DNA from: a virus
DNA length: 64,000 bases
Virus record (IMG/VR): IMGVR_UViG_3300018080_000165
Location: 1-64,000 of that record
Direction: 5' to 3' (one strand)
Below, piece after piece: positions 1-8,824 of this stretch. The translations under genes and the position numbers were made by a program. The stretch's first letter is position 1, and each line of letters opens with the position of its first letter. The notes under the pieces are model-generated. The model searched no databases, had not been told where the DNA came from, and saw only the letters and a program-made list of their open reading frames with translations.

Positions 1-445
1 CGGGTCAAAACGACAAAAAACCTATCCTCCTCAGGTCACTTTCAAAACTACCGGAAAAAGAAAAAAAGAACACCTTACCGGCGCTACCGCGCCTAGCACG
101 TTGGTTTGAAACGACCGATACCGGATAGCGGCGCATACCCCATGACCCACCTATGTTTTTGTCCACCTAGCACGTTTTCGTTTACCTGTTCACACTATGA
201 CTTCCTGCCCACGTCTTTTTTCTCGATTGAAATGAACATCACACAGAAGTTCTTTTCGATTGTTCTGGTTGAAGTAGATGGAATCGGGGCTGGAGGGAAT
301 GAATGGTCGTGAGGGACAGGAAAACCGTGTTACAGGGAAAGTTTCACACAGGCTCTATGCTCTACTCTTCCCTTATGACACTACAGAGCCTTTCTTCAGG
401 CCGCGAATTTTTGGTGAGAGGATTTTTGTTTTGACCAAAAAGGAA

Positions 446-1516
446 TCAGAACTCTTTCGCGAAGTCGTCGAGAACCTCGTCAAGTTCGGTTTCCTTGTGG
501 GTTTTCAGTTCGGCTTCAACTTGTTTGTCGGGAAGTTCTTCCGGCGGGGGTTCCACGATCACTTCGCCTTCAGCATCCTTGAAATCTTCTTTCGTGCCGA
601 TTTTTCCAAGATCGCCGAAAAGACGTTCGATGATTCGAGGACCGGAGATGTGGTCCGATCCTGCTCCGGGAGGGATTCCCTTGTCCCGGTCTTCCATGAC
701 TTTCGTTTTGCGCATCTCGTTTAGCTGCTCGTGTGCGGCGTCTAGACGGGAAGAAGTCTTGTCGTCTATGATCCCGCCCGCCAAGCGTTGCTGGATAAGA
801 CCGAGTTCGGCCGTTTGGAGGTTCGCTTCAATGATCCTTAGCTGCGCCAGCTTGATGTCCTCGATCCCTTCGAGATGGACCGATTCTATGATGTCCGTGA
901 ATCCGCATTCGTAGTCGGGCCTGAACTGGGGGCATTGGGTGGTAAAAGCGCATGTGTTGCATGTGATGGGGGGCAGCTTCTTACCGAATCCCTTGTTCAG
1001 CTTTTCCATGGATCGTTTTTGGGCGGGAGTGAGCGGCTTAGCAGGTTCCGGCGGCGGGAGGGCGTTCTGGTGTTGTGCTTCCGGTTGAGATTGTTGGTTT
1101 GGCTCTTCCTGACCGTCCTTCGTCTCTTCAGGGACTTCCTTGGCACCGTCGCCATTATCACCTACCTTTCCAGAGGGTTCCTCAGTCTTGGGTTCTTCAG
1201 TCTTGACCGGGGTTGTTTTTTCGGGCGGGGGAGAGGGTTCGACAGTCTTCGTTTCGGCTTCCTTGGCGGGTTCCTGGAGGGGTTCCTGTGCCGAGTCTTC
1301 GGTATGCGTTTTAGGGTCGTTCCCGAAAGCGAATGGGGCACGAGTTTTCGGTACAGCATCGTCTGTGCGGCGAAAGGCACCTTGCACGCCTTTTCGGTCC
1401 TTCCGGGGCGGTTTTCGCTTCACCGAGCACGCTTTGGGGCGCTTCTTGGCCTTGCCCGAAAGCGTGCTAGGTGGGGTGTCCGAAAACGTGCGAGGCGGCT
1501 TCCGGCGCTTACCCAT
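446..1516 (-). CDS. Hypothetical protein: basic/low-complexity N-terminus, Cys cluster (CNTC-x5-CP-x8-C), helical C-terminus; possibly terminase small subunit-like
   Basis: 356-aa ORF with AGGAGG RBS; Cys4 motif seen; function is inference only. Confidence 0.4.
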   Translation of the reverse strand: MGKRRKPPRTFSDTPPSTLSGKAKKRPKACSVKRKPPRKDRKGVQGAFRRTDDAVPKTRAPFAFGNDPKTHTEDSAQEPLQEPAKEAETKTVEPSPPPEKTTPVKTEEPKTEEPSGKVGDNGDGAKEVPEETKDGQEEPNQQSQPEAQHQNALPPPEPAKPLTPAQKRSMEKLNKGFGKKLPPITCNTCAFTTQCPQFRPDYECGFTDIIESVHLEGIEDIKLAQLRIIEANLQTAELGLIQQRLAGGIIDDKTSSRLDAAHEQLNEMRKTKVMEDRDKGIPPGAGSDHISGPRIIERLFGDLGKIGTKEDFKDAEGEVIVEPPPEELPDKQVEAELKTHKETELDEVLDDFAKEF

Positions 1517-1533
1517 GTTAGGGTTCCTCCTGG

Positions 1534-1743
1534 CTAACGCTTTTCGTACATCGTCTGGTGAATCCGGCTGCCTCTTCCCTGGGCGTCGATCCTGTTCGTC
1601 AGAGCGTAGTGGACCTTCCAGGGCAGCGCGGGAGTCTTCTTCCGTCTCTTAGGGGGCACATTCGATAGAGGCATCTTGCCCCCGAACCGCTTCAGGGCTT
1701 CCTTGTGGGCTTCCATATCGCGTCGTTGGTTCGGCGTCATCAC
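1534..1743 (-). CDS. Small hypothetical protein
   Basis: 69-aa ORF overlapping the stop of the upstream gene by 4 nt. Confidence 0.5.
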   Translation of the reverse strand: MMTPNQRRDMEAHKEALKRFGGKMPLSNVPPKRRKKTPALPWKVHYALTNRIDAQGRGSRIHQTMYEKR

Positions 1744-2177
1744 TTGGCACCCTTCTTTCGCTTCTTCTTGTAGGGCTTCGCGAAGCCCCTGTCAAGGAGT
1801 TCTTCGTTCAGGTTGGTCCACTCGTCGTCCAAGTTCCACCTGTACCAGACGATGGCCAAGTAGCGCCCGAAGGAGTCCGACTTGGACGTTTGGACTTGGA
1901 GGTAGGCTCTCCATCCTTCCCTGGAGTCGAGCAAGTCCGGCAAGTCGAGCACGTCTCCCGACAATTCCTTGAGGATGAAGGTCTTTGCCTGCCGTGCCGC
2001 AATCCTCTCATTAGGATTCCTGGACATGAGTTTCAGCGTGTCTATCTCGGCAAGCCTGAGTCGCTGCCTCGTGGTCATGTGGAATCCGAGATCGATGTCC
2101 ACATCGATGATATCCCCGTCAATCACCCTCACCAGTTTGGCCTTGTACACGTAGCACAGCAGCAATTCGTCGCTCAT
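1740..2177 (-). CDS. Thermonuclease (SNase-like) family nuclease
   Basis: Motifs RVIDGD, RLRLAEIDT, DSFGRYLA, NLNEELLDRGFA. Confidence 0.85.
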   Translation of the reverse strand: MSDELLLCYVYKAKLVRVIDGDIIDVDIDLGFHMTTRQRLRLAEIDTLKLMSRNPNERIAARQAKTFILKELSGDVLDLPDLLDSREGWRAYLQVQTSKSDSFGRYLAIVWYRWNLDDEWTNLNEELLDRGFAKPYKKKRKKGAK

Positions 2178-2189
2178 CTCACTTCCTCC

Positions 2190-2567
2190 TTAGATCGTGT
2201 CCAACTGTCCAAACGCCCGAACGACCTTATCCCATTCCTTTGGGGACACTGTTTTCTCCATCGTGTAGAAATCGGTTCCGATCTTGTACTTGAGTGTCGC
2301 ACCGCAGAAGAAAGCGCACTCTTCCCTGTACTCAGACTCAGAATTAGGACCCATCAAGTTGAAGTTGGAAGGAACGTTTATGGCCTTACGAATGGCTCTT
2401 CCCAAACAAGTCTGGCAGACGACTCTACCCCAACATGGAGTCTTTTCTTCTATCAAACTGTAGTAGCGGTTGCAGATTTCACACTTTGCCAAGTTCTTTA
2501 ACAAGCCGTCTACCGGGCTCATTCCAAGTCCTCCAATCTTTCCGCTGCATCCACGGCTTCGTCCCAT
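2190..2567 (-). CDS. Hypothetical Zn-finger protein (start probably ~2522)
   Basis: CEIC...TPC...VCQTC motifs. Confidence 0.5.
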   Translation of the reverse strand: MGRSRGCSGKIGGLGMSPVDGLLKNLAKCEICNRYYSLIEEKTPCWGRVVCQTCLGRAIRKAINVPSNFNLMGPNSESEYREECAFFCGATLKYKIGTDFYTMEKTVSPKEWDKVVRAFGQLDTI

Positions 2568-2845
2568 GTGCTGTTCGGTTCCTTGACCGGAGGCTTAGGC
2601 GTGTTCTCGTCCACGTAAGCGGGCATCTTGTATGTCGCTCTCTTCTGTCCGCAAATAGGACAGACGAACCCGTCTCCGCGAATGATAGTCCGTTCCTTAA
2701 GACGAACTCCCGCACTGAACGTAAAAACCTCGTCGTCGAAATCCAGCGCGTTCAAAGAACACATGTCACAGATTTTACTTCCGCAACAATCCATGACCAC
2801 GAGTGCTGCGGATGTCGCATTGCAGTTGTCGCACTTATGCATCAC
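2519..2845 (-). CDS. RING-like Cys-rich Zn-finger protein
   Basis: CDNC...CCGSKICDMC...CPIC. Confidence 0.55.
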   Translation of the reverse strand: MMHKCDNCNATSAALVVMDCCGSKICDMCSLNALDFDDEVFTFSAGVRLKERTIIRGDGFVCPICGQKRATYKMPAYVDENTPKPPVKEPNSTWDEAVDAAERLEDLE

Positions 2846-3162
2846 AAACTCTCCAACCTCTTGAGAGCATTGAGTGCTTCATTCCACTTGGCCATGTTTC
2901 TTTTTTTGTTTACGTGTACACGCCACTCCCCTTTGTCCGGTCCTTTTGTGTACACCGATACGCGAATCCTTTCTCGGCACATGAAACAGTATTCATAAAC
3001 ATAGTTGTACACGGAACCGATTTTCATTCGCTGATATATTTCTCCCATGCAGTCAAAGCACATATAGATTTCACAGCACCCATATATGCAAAACAACTTG
3101 TACTTGATAGGGCACCGGCATCTTGCGCATCTCGCGATTCTTTTTTCACCCTGTAGCATCAC
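2842..3162 (-). CDS. Cys-rich hypothetical protein
   Basis: CARC...CIYGCC...CFDC...CFMC; translationally coupled to neighbours. Confidence 0.55.
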   Translation of the reverse strand: MMLQGEKRIARCARCRCPIKYKLFCIYGCCEIYMCFDCMGEIYQRMKIGSVYNYVYEYCFMCRERIRVSVYTKGPDKGEWRVHVNKKRNMAKWNEALNALKRLESL

Positions 3163-4442
3163 TTGTCTCCATAGAACAAGTCCATACCTTCGGAGTCCAA
3201 ACGCTCGACGGGATCAACCTCAGGATCATCCCGTTTGTGCGTGACGAAACGGGGTTTGAACTCTTCAGGCGATGTTCTTTTCCTCGCGCCTGCAGAAACA
3301 AGAAGACCGAGATTGTACGCGCGTCTGAGCGCGTCCAGTTCGTCTGGTTTTGGGTTGGCCATGTCCGCGATCTTCTTTGCCGCGTCATCGGTGAACAGGA
3401 CACCCACATCTTCCGGCGGATTGCTCACGATCCATTTCTTGATCGTCTTCAATCGACCGTGTTGCAGACACGAGAACAGGTAAGCCCGTTCCCGTTTGTC
3501 TTTCATGTCGAGGTTGCCGATCTCTTCTTTTGACAGCCCTTGGGTCAAGAGATACCCCTCAATGCCATCGTCGCTGGCACTCCTCACGACCATGGGCTTG
3601 GGCATTCTCTTTTCCCAATACGCCTTGACCCGATTCACTTTCGCGAGGTATGCTTCCATCTCGACGAACGAAAGCATGTTCATGCGGATTACCTCATAGT
3701 AATCCTCGCTTGCGATCTTGCTCCAGTCAAGCCCAGCGTTTTCGAATTTCACGCGATAGGTCCGGCGGATGTCCTTCTTCGTGTTGTCGTACCGATTGAT
3801 CGTCTTCCCGTTGAAGATGTCCGTCTCCCCGTACTTCGATCCGAGAAGCCACGTTGTCGAATCCACCGAATAGAAGTCGTAGTTCTGAATCTCGGTGCTT
3901 CTCGTGTAGCCGAACACGTGGACTTTGGTCAAGTATTGCCGGGCCGTGGCCATGAGTCGCTGGTAATCGTCGTTAAAGCCGGAACCTATTCCGACGAAAT
4001 CGTATCGCTGGCAGTAGGCTTTGAAATCGTTTTCGTCATGCCACGTGTCGTGCCACACAAAGACGATTGGAACAACGGACTTGTTCATCTTCTCGAAGAT
4101 TTCTTCGCGCCACTTCTGCGCGACATCACCTACAATGGTGTCGATGTCCAGTTCCGCCGCGCAAAAGATATAGTCCCTGTATTTGCGGAGAAACTTGGCG
4201 TAGTCCCTCACGTACCTCTCGTAGAACTTGAGCGGCTTCTTCCATCCCTTCATAAAGAAGGTGAACGCACCCGAGTCAATGAACACGTCGATGTCGGGGT
4301 CCGCGTCCTTCCGCCGCTTGAGGTAGTCAGGATTCTTTCGCAGCGTCCAGTACGTCATCAGCACCGACTTGCCGCCCATCTGCTTCATCGAATCGTAGAA
4401 CTTAGGGACTTCACCACCGGACAAAAACACACGGGTAGGCAT
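3159..4442 (-). CDS. dpdA: DpdA-like (TGT-fold) 7-deazaguanine DNA transglycosylase with C-terminal extension
   Basis: FIDSGAFT, ELD, VWH, VGIG, KVHVFG, YSVDSTTW motifs of the TGT/DpdA family; que genes in the same genome. Confidence 0.75.
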   Translation of the reverse strand: MPTRVFLSGGEVPKFYDSMKQMGGKSVLMTYWTLRKNPDYLKRRKDADPDIDVFIDSGAFTFFMKGWKKPLKFYERYVRDYAKFLRKYRDYIFCAAELDIDTIVGDVAQKWREEIFEKMNKSVVPIVFVWHDTWHDENDFKAYCQRYDFVGIGSGFNDDYQRLMATARQYLTKVHVFGYTRSTEIQNYDFYSVDSTTWLLGSKYGETDIFNGKTINRYDNTKKDIRRTYRVKFENAGLDWSKIASEDYYEVIRMNMLSFVEMEAYLAKVNRVKAYWEKRMPKPMVVRSASDDGIEGYLLTQGLSKEEIGNLDMKDKRERAYLFSCLQHGRLKTIKKWIVSNPPEDVGVLFTDDAAKKIADMANPKPDELDALRRAYNLGLLVSAGARKRTSPEEFKPRFVTHKRDDPEVDPVERLDSEGMDLFYGDK

Positions 4443-4443
4443 T

Positions 4444-4656
4444 TCATTTCCCCTTGTACTTGTGCAAGTACATTTCTTGGGAGAGAACTCCTGTCATGTC
4501 TTGGCAAACGACTCTCCCACAACCGGAACAGTCCAAAGGGACATAGACATCCTTACACTTTTCTCCGTCACACTGGGAGGCTTTCCCGTGAAGAAAAGTT
4601 TTCTTGCACTCAGGACAAACCGATGTTTCACTCCCGCAACAAGGACACCGTATCAT
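4444..4656 (-). CDS. Small Zn-ribbon protein
   Basis: MIRCPCCG...CPEC...CSGCG...C; start reassigned to ATG at 4656. Confidence 0.5.
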   Translation of the reverse strand: MIRCPCCGSETSVCPECKKTFLHGKASQCDGEKCKDVYVPLDCSGCGRVVCQDMTGVLSQEMYLHKYKGK

Positions 4657-4898
4657 CTCGCCACTCTCTTTCTGTTCTTGTGCTGCCTGTCCAGCTTCTT
4701 GATGATCTTCTCTTGGTTCTCCAAGATCAGATCGACCTTTTGATTCATGGTCAGCTTGCCGTCCTTGATCTTCCCTTGCCGCCACAGTCTGACGTAGCAC
4801 GCATGGCACAAAGGGAACTTCTCTTTGAGCCGGTGCTTCGCGGGAGTGCGGCAACCTTTCGCCGAGCAACTCCTTTTCTTCTTCAGTTTCTTTTTCAT
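4653..4898 (-). CDS. Small basic Zn-finger protein
   Basis: CSAKGC...LCHACY; GGAG RBS. Confidence 0.55.
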   Translation of the reverse strand: MKKKLKKKRSCSAKGCRTPAKHRLKEKFPLCHACYVRLWRQGKIKDGKLTMNQKVDLILENQEKIIKKLDRQHKNRKRVAR

Positions 4899-4910
4899 GT
4901 GCTCTTCTCC

Positions 4911-5393
4911 TCAAAAGTCCTTACGATCAACCTCCACGTTCTCTTCAGCAGCGAGGTTGTACAACGAGTTCAGCACGGTTTCCCAAGAAAAAATCGTCGC
5001 GTTCGCGATGCCGAACAGGTCTTTGGGTGCGTTCCACCAAAGAAAACCTTTTTGACTGGCTGACTTCACCATCTCTTTGTACCATTCCTTCACGTCTTGA
5101 AGGAAACGGTAGTGCCTGTGCCGATAATTCGTCGGCATCTCCTGTTCCAGTTCATTGAAGATGACGACCTTGCAATAGAACAGCGGGTGAATGGAACTGT
5201 TCGAAGAAGTCTTCGCGCGCACTCTCACCACATAGATGTGCATGTTGAGACGCTTGTCCCTGTCGCCGTGCTTCAACTTGACCGAGAGAAGGAGTTTCTC
5301 TCCTCCCGCGCTAGAACGCAAAAGGGCTTTTCTTTCTTTTGATGACGGCTTTTTTCTTCGGCGGTTGCTGAGTTGTTTGAACCTTCTGGCCAT
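4911..5393 (-). CDS. Hypothetical protein
   Basis: 160-aa ORF with AAGGAG RBS. Confidence 0.6.
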   Translation of the reverse strand: MARRFKQLSNRRRKKPSSKERKALLRSSAGGEKLLLSVKLKHGDRDKRLNMHIYVVRVRAKTSSNSSIHPLFYCKVVIFNELEQEMPTNYRHRHYRFLQDVKEWYKEMVKSASQKGFLWWNAPKDLFGIANATIFSWETVLNSLYNLAAEENVEVDRKDF

Positions 5394-5673
5394 GTGTCAT
5401 CTCCTTCGCGTTCGGCTTGCCCTTCACTCTCAATACAGTGAGCACAGGCTTCGGCTTCACGCACGTATCCTGTGCACACCTGTTGAGAATTTTATGGTGA
5501 TATTCCGCTTGCTCCTTCTTGGCGTACACGGCGCGCTGTTTCTTGTTTTTAACCCAAAGTATTGATCGGCCCACGAAACGCTGAAAGAAGTACACTTCCT
5601 CTTCACGTACTGTCTCCTTTTCGCCGGGCCATATCGTTCTTGTTCGAACAGACCTTATCACATAGCCGCTCAT
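5311..5673 (-). CDS. Hypothetical protein ending ...KRKKSPFAF (C-terminal FxF tag)
   Basis: AGGAGG RBS before ATG at 5673; tail overlaps the next gene by 83 nt. Confidence 0.6.
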   Translation of the reverse strand: MSGYVIRSVRTRTIWPGEKETVREEEVYFFQRFVGRSILWVKNKKQRAVYAKKEQAEYHHKILNRCAQDTCVKPKPVLTVLRVKGKPNAKEMTHGQKVQTTQQPPKKKAVIKRKKSPFAF

Positions 5674-5799
5674 TGTCAATCGTCCTCCTTGGGCCATTCT
5701 CCTTCTTCGATCCACAGGCCCACGAGTTCCGTGAAACCTGAAGCGACGATGAGAAGCCAGGAACAAAATTGAATGAACTCCGCGACAAGGTAGACGAAC

Positions 5800-6303
5800 T
5801 CAGCCAGAAGTATCCTCACCCATTGACTCCTTCAATCCTTGCTCTTCGACCCGTTTCCGCTGTTCGATCCCCGCCCGGATGGAGTTGACGAGCGTTGCGC
5901 GTGCGAACTCTGGCGGCATCTGCGAAAGCATCTTCTTTGCCAGGAACGCAGCCGCGACACCCTCTTGTTCTATCCCGTAAACGACTTTGACTCCTTCCTG
6001 AATGATCTTTCCGATGACTTGGGCGGACGTTTGCCATCCAGGCTCAATCACCATGAACCGTAGCCACATGAACTGCGCCAGTGTGGCTTCGCGTATCTTC
6101 ATGGAGAACTGGATTTCCTTCGGCTTCTTCGGATCGGCTTGATGCTGGCGCATGAAGAACGTGAACTTGTTCTGCGCATCACCCATCAGCTTGTCGATCT
6201 CGTGCATCTGCTTCTGCTCTTCATGCGTGAGATTCAAAGCCTTCTCAAATTCTTCCTCGTCCTTGTCTTTCCAGCCATGACCGGCATCGTATTCGCTGCT
6301 CAT
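5800..6303 (-). CDS. Hypothetical protein, possible ribbon-helix-helix DNA-binding domain
   Basis: IQFSMKIREATLAQF...TSAQVIGKIIQEG pattern. Confidence 0.45.
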   Translation of the reverse strand: MSSEYDAGHGWKDKDEEEFEKALNLTHEEQKQMHEIDKLMGDAQNKFTFFMRQHQADPKKPKEIQFSMKIREATLAQFMWLRFMVIEPGWQTSAQVIGKIIQEGVKVVYGIEQEGVAAAFLAKKMLSQMPPEFARATLVNSIRAGIEQRKRVEEQGLKESMGEDTSG

Positions 6304-6321
6304 TTGTCCGTTGCTCCTTTC

Positions 6322-6675
6322 TTACGTCCAAAAGTTTCCACGTAGCCTTGCTTCCGCTTGAACGGCATCCTTTGACTCCTTCAAACCGTTTCCCGTCAAC
6401 TCACGATATGCTTTGATCGTAGCGATTCTGTTGTGCACCCCGAAAGGATGGTGTTGTGTATCGAAATAAGAATACGTCCGTGCTTTGTCCACGACCTTTT
6501 CCCAACTTACCGCTTTTATTGTGATGACACCTTTTTCTAAAAGATCGACGAGTTTGTGCAGCCGACGACAGACCATCGGTTCCATCGTCTCGATTTCATC
6601 TTCTTCCTCGCACAACGCGAGTACCGTCAGCCACGACGCGGTTTCACGTAGCAGTTCCTTCGTTTCGTCGTCCAC
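6322..6675 (-). CDS. Protein with ribosomal L7/L12 C-terminal-like domain
   Basis: RIATIKAYRELTGNGLKESKDAV resembles bL12 [23 protein letters not shown]. Confidence 0.7.
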   Translation of the reverse strand: MDDETKELLRETASWLTVLALCEEEDEIETMEPMVCRRLHKLVDLLEKGVITIKAVSWEKVVDKARTYSYFDTQHHPFGVHNRIATIKAYRELTGNGLKESKDAVQAEARLRGNFWT

Positions 6676-6687
6676 GGCTTTCCTTTC

Positions 6688-6921
6688 TTAGTTGTACTGG
6701 AACATCCGCCGTTGTTCGTTCAACTCGATCACCTTGAGCATCATGCGCCCGTCTTCATCGGCGCATTCGTCCGGGTCACAAGCGGGACAACAGGGAACAT
6801 GAAGGGATTCTCCTGTGGGCACCGTGCCGTCGGGCTGTCTCACTCGTTCCATACGCCCAACTTTGCAGCCACACTGGTTACAAAACACAGGAATCGTATC
6901 CACAGGTACCTCATCACTCAA
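6688..6921 (-). CDS. Small Zn-ribbon protein
   Basis: CNQCG...CCPAC. Confidence 0.5.
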   Translation of the reverse strand: MSDEVPVDTIPVFCNQCGCKVGRMERVRQPDGTVPTGESLHVPCCPACDPDECADEDGRMMLKVIELNEQRRMFQYN

Positions 6922-7274
6922 AATGCAAACCCTTTCTGCTTTGATTTCTTTTTCACAATTTGTTCTTCCGGCATCGCATCATCGATAGCCTTTGCCATTT
7001 TTTTGACGATGACATGCCGCGCCTTGTAAATCCGTTCGATGAGTTCGGTGAGATCGTATGGAGTACCGAAGACTGTAATAGAGAAATCATCGTGAGTAAA
7101 CGCACGAGGTTCTTTTCCAGTCTTCCTTTGCTTATCCCACCTTCTCCTCACGGCCTTCGAAGCGTGCCGGAAGTCCAGTTCGAAATGCGCCAGACGATTC
7201 TCTCCCCTGGACCACACGATCACTCCAACATCCTCAAAGCCTTTTACCTTTAACTCTTTTCGCAAGCTGGGCAT
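6918..7274 (-). CDS. Hypothetical protein ending ...KKKSKQKGFAF
   Basis: 118-aa ORF coupled to the downstream gene. Confidence 0.6.
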   Translation of the reverse strand: MPSLRKELKVKGFEDVGVIVWSRGENRLAHFELDFRHASKAVRRRWDKQRKTGKEPRAFTHDDFSITVFGTPYDLTELIERIYKARHVIVKKMAKAIDDAMPEEQIVKKKSKQKGFAF

Positions 7275-7584
7275 TCGCCTTGTCCCTCGCTGCCTTGGCT
7301 TCCTTCACTGTACCGAAAACGTTTCTTTCCTCGACGATGTGCAGATTCCTGTTCCGTTCCATCAAAACGTAAGTGACGTGGTACCTTAAAAGAGCGTGCG
7401 TGATTCGCAACTCAAACACCTTTCCTCTCGCACTCACGTATTTCATATCGGCGATCAAGTGTCTCTCACCGCACTCCGAGCATGGGTGCTCTCTGATACA
7501 GCTTACCTCTTTGACAAAGTATACCGTATCGTCGAGATCGAACTTGGAAGCCATCAATTTCAATCCTTCTTCTTTTTTCACCAT
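7234..7584 (-). CDS. Hypothetical protein (SH3-like with CxxC)
   Basis: KFDLDDTVYF...CSECG...VEERNVF pattern. Confidence 0.5.
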   Translation of the reverse strand: MVKKEEGLKLMASKFDLDDTVYFVKEVSCIREHPCSECGERHLIADMKYVSARGKVFELRITHALLRYHVTYVLMERNRNLHIVEERNVFGTVKEAKAARDKANAQLAKRVKGKRL

Positions 7585-8183
7585 CAGAAAGAAAACCCTC
7601 CTTCCTTCTTCCGTTTCCTTCGCTTGGCCGATTTCACGAACTCCTTCGGCTTCACCTTCTTGTTCAGTTTCTCGACCAGCGATTCGAATTTCGGATCGTC
7701 GTCTTGCACGATTCGAAGATGGGCCAAGTACAGGAACACATGGTGAGCGGAAGGAAACATAGACACCGATTCCTCAAGAATGGCGATAGGCGCTTTCACG
7801 CAATCGTAAGGATACCTGTTCGCCCATCCCCATCCCATGCACAGTTTTTTCCGCCCGCTTTTCCCGCCCAACATTCGGCCAGCCGTCACGTCGAATGTTG
7901 ATCGATCAATGGGATATTTCTTACCGTCATCGTCGTGGATGTAGGGTTTCTTCCTGTCATGGGCGAACACTCCGGCGTAACGGTCGCCCACGATGAAAGA
8001 AAGCTGTTCACCCATGGCCGTGACAGTGCCATACTCGGTATCCCCTTTGATGTTTGATCCCGATTGCACACTACCCTTTCCGTTCGCGGCCCTCCAAGCC
8101 GTATAGATGTTGAATGTTTGGTTGTGAAATGCTCCAAGGGAGCACGCGATCTTCCCGTCTCCCCGCAGCATTACAAGGATCAT
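7584..8183 (-). CDS. Hypothetical protein ending ...KRRKRKKEGGFSF
   Basis: GAGGAGG RBS before ATG at 8183. Confidence 0.6.
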   Translation of the reverse strand: MILVMLRGDGKIACSLGAFHNQTFNIYTAWRAANGKGSVQSGSNIKGDTEYGTVTAMGEQLSFIVGDRYAGVFAHDRKKPYIHDDDGKKYPIDRSTFDVTAGRMLGGKSGRKKLCMGWGWANRYPYDCVKAPIAILEESVSMFPSAHHVFLYLAHLRIVQDDDPKFESLVEKLNKKVKPKEFVKSAKRRKRKKEGGFSF

Positions 8184-8193
8184 GTCTACCTCC

Positions 8194-8691
8194 TCAGAAG
8201 GAAAAGCCTTCCTCCTTTTTCTTTGGCAGCGTTTCTGTTTTGATCCGTTGCCAGCCCATTCTCCGCAAAGCTCCTTCAAGTTGAATCGTTTCATACCCCG
8301 CGTGCAATGCGTCTGGATCGTCGGTGAGTTCCCTGTACGCGAGATTGTCCAATACGGACTGTATCGTCTCGCACAACACTTTGTCACCGGCTTGCCTTCT
8401 CAATGCGCCGAATTTCTCCGACACTTGTTTCAAGAAAATACCTTCATCGATATTCGCTCCGGTCACGGAATAGTTGCGATGCACATAATGACGGATCAAA
8501 ACATACGCAAGCACGGCAAACGCATCAGCATCCGGCGTGATGACCTTCACCACTTCAACAGGCTGGTTCACGGGAGGCGGTACTTTCTTCTTCGTCTTCT
8601 TCTTGATGTTCTTCTTCTTGGCTTTCTTTTTCAGAACAACGTGCTCACCCCCACCAAAGTCGAATGCTGATTGATGTTTGCGCTTAGGCAT
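8194..8691 (-). CDS. Hypothetical basic protein, N-terminal SAFDF and C-terminal ...PKKKEEGFSF
   Basis: GGAGG RBS before ATG at 8691. Confidence 0.6.
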   Translation of the reverse strand: MPKRKHQSAFDFGGGEHVVLKKKAKKKNIKKKTKKKVPPPVNQPVEVVKVITPDADAFAVLAYVLIRHYVHRNYSVTGANIDEGIFLKQVSEKFGALRRQAGDKVLCETIQSVLDNLAYRELTDDPDALHAGYETIQLEGALRRMGWQRIKTETLPKKKEEGFSF

Positions 8692-8824
8692 CTGCGCTTG
8701 CCTCCGCCACTTGGTCGAACTGGATGTCACACCAAGTCAGGTTCCTCTTTATCTGACTCACGGGGGGCTGAGTGATCTTGAACCTCTTCGCTATCGTCAC
8801 TTGCAAAACTTCTCTCTTGAGTCG

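Noticed and set aside
3540-5063. Long plus-strand ORFs (also 15860-16933, 49315-50364, 53223-54542, 58656-59819)
   Set aside because: Antisense to well-supported minus-strand genes, with no motifs or RBS
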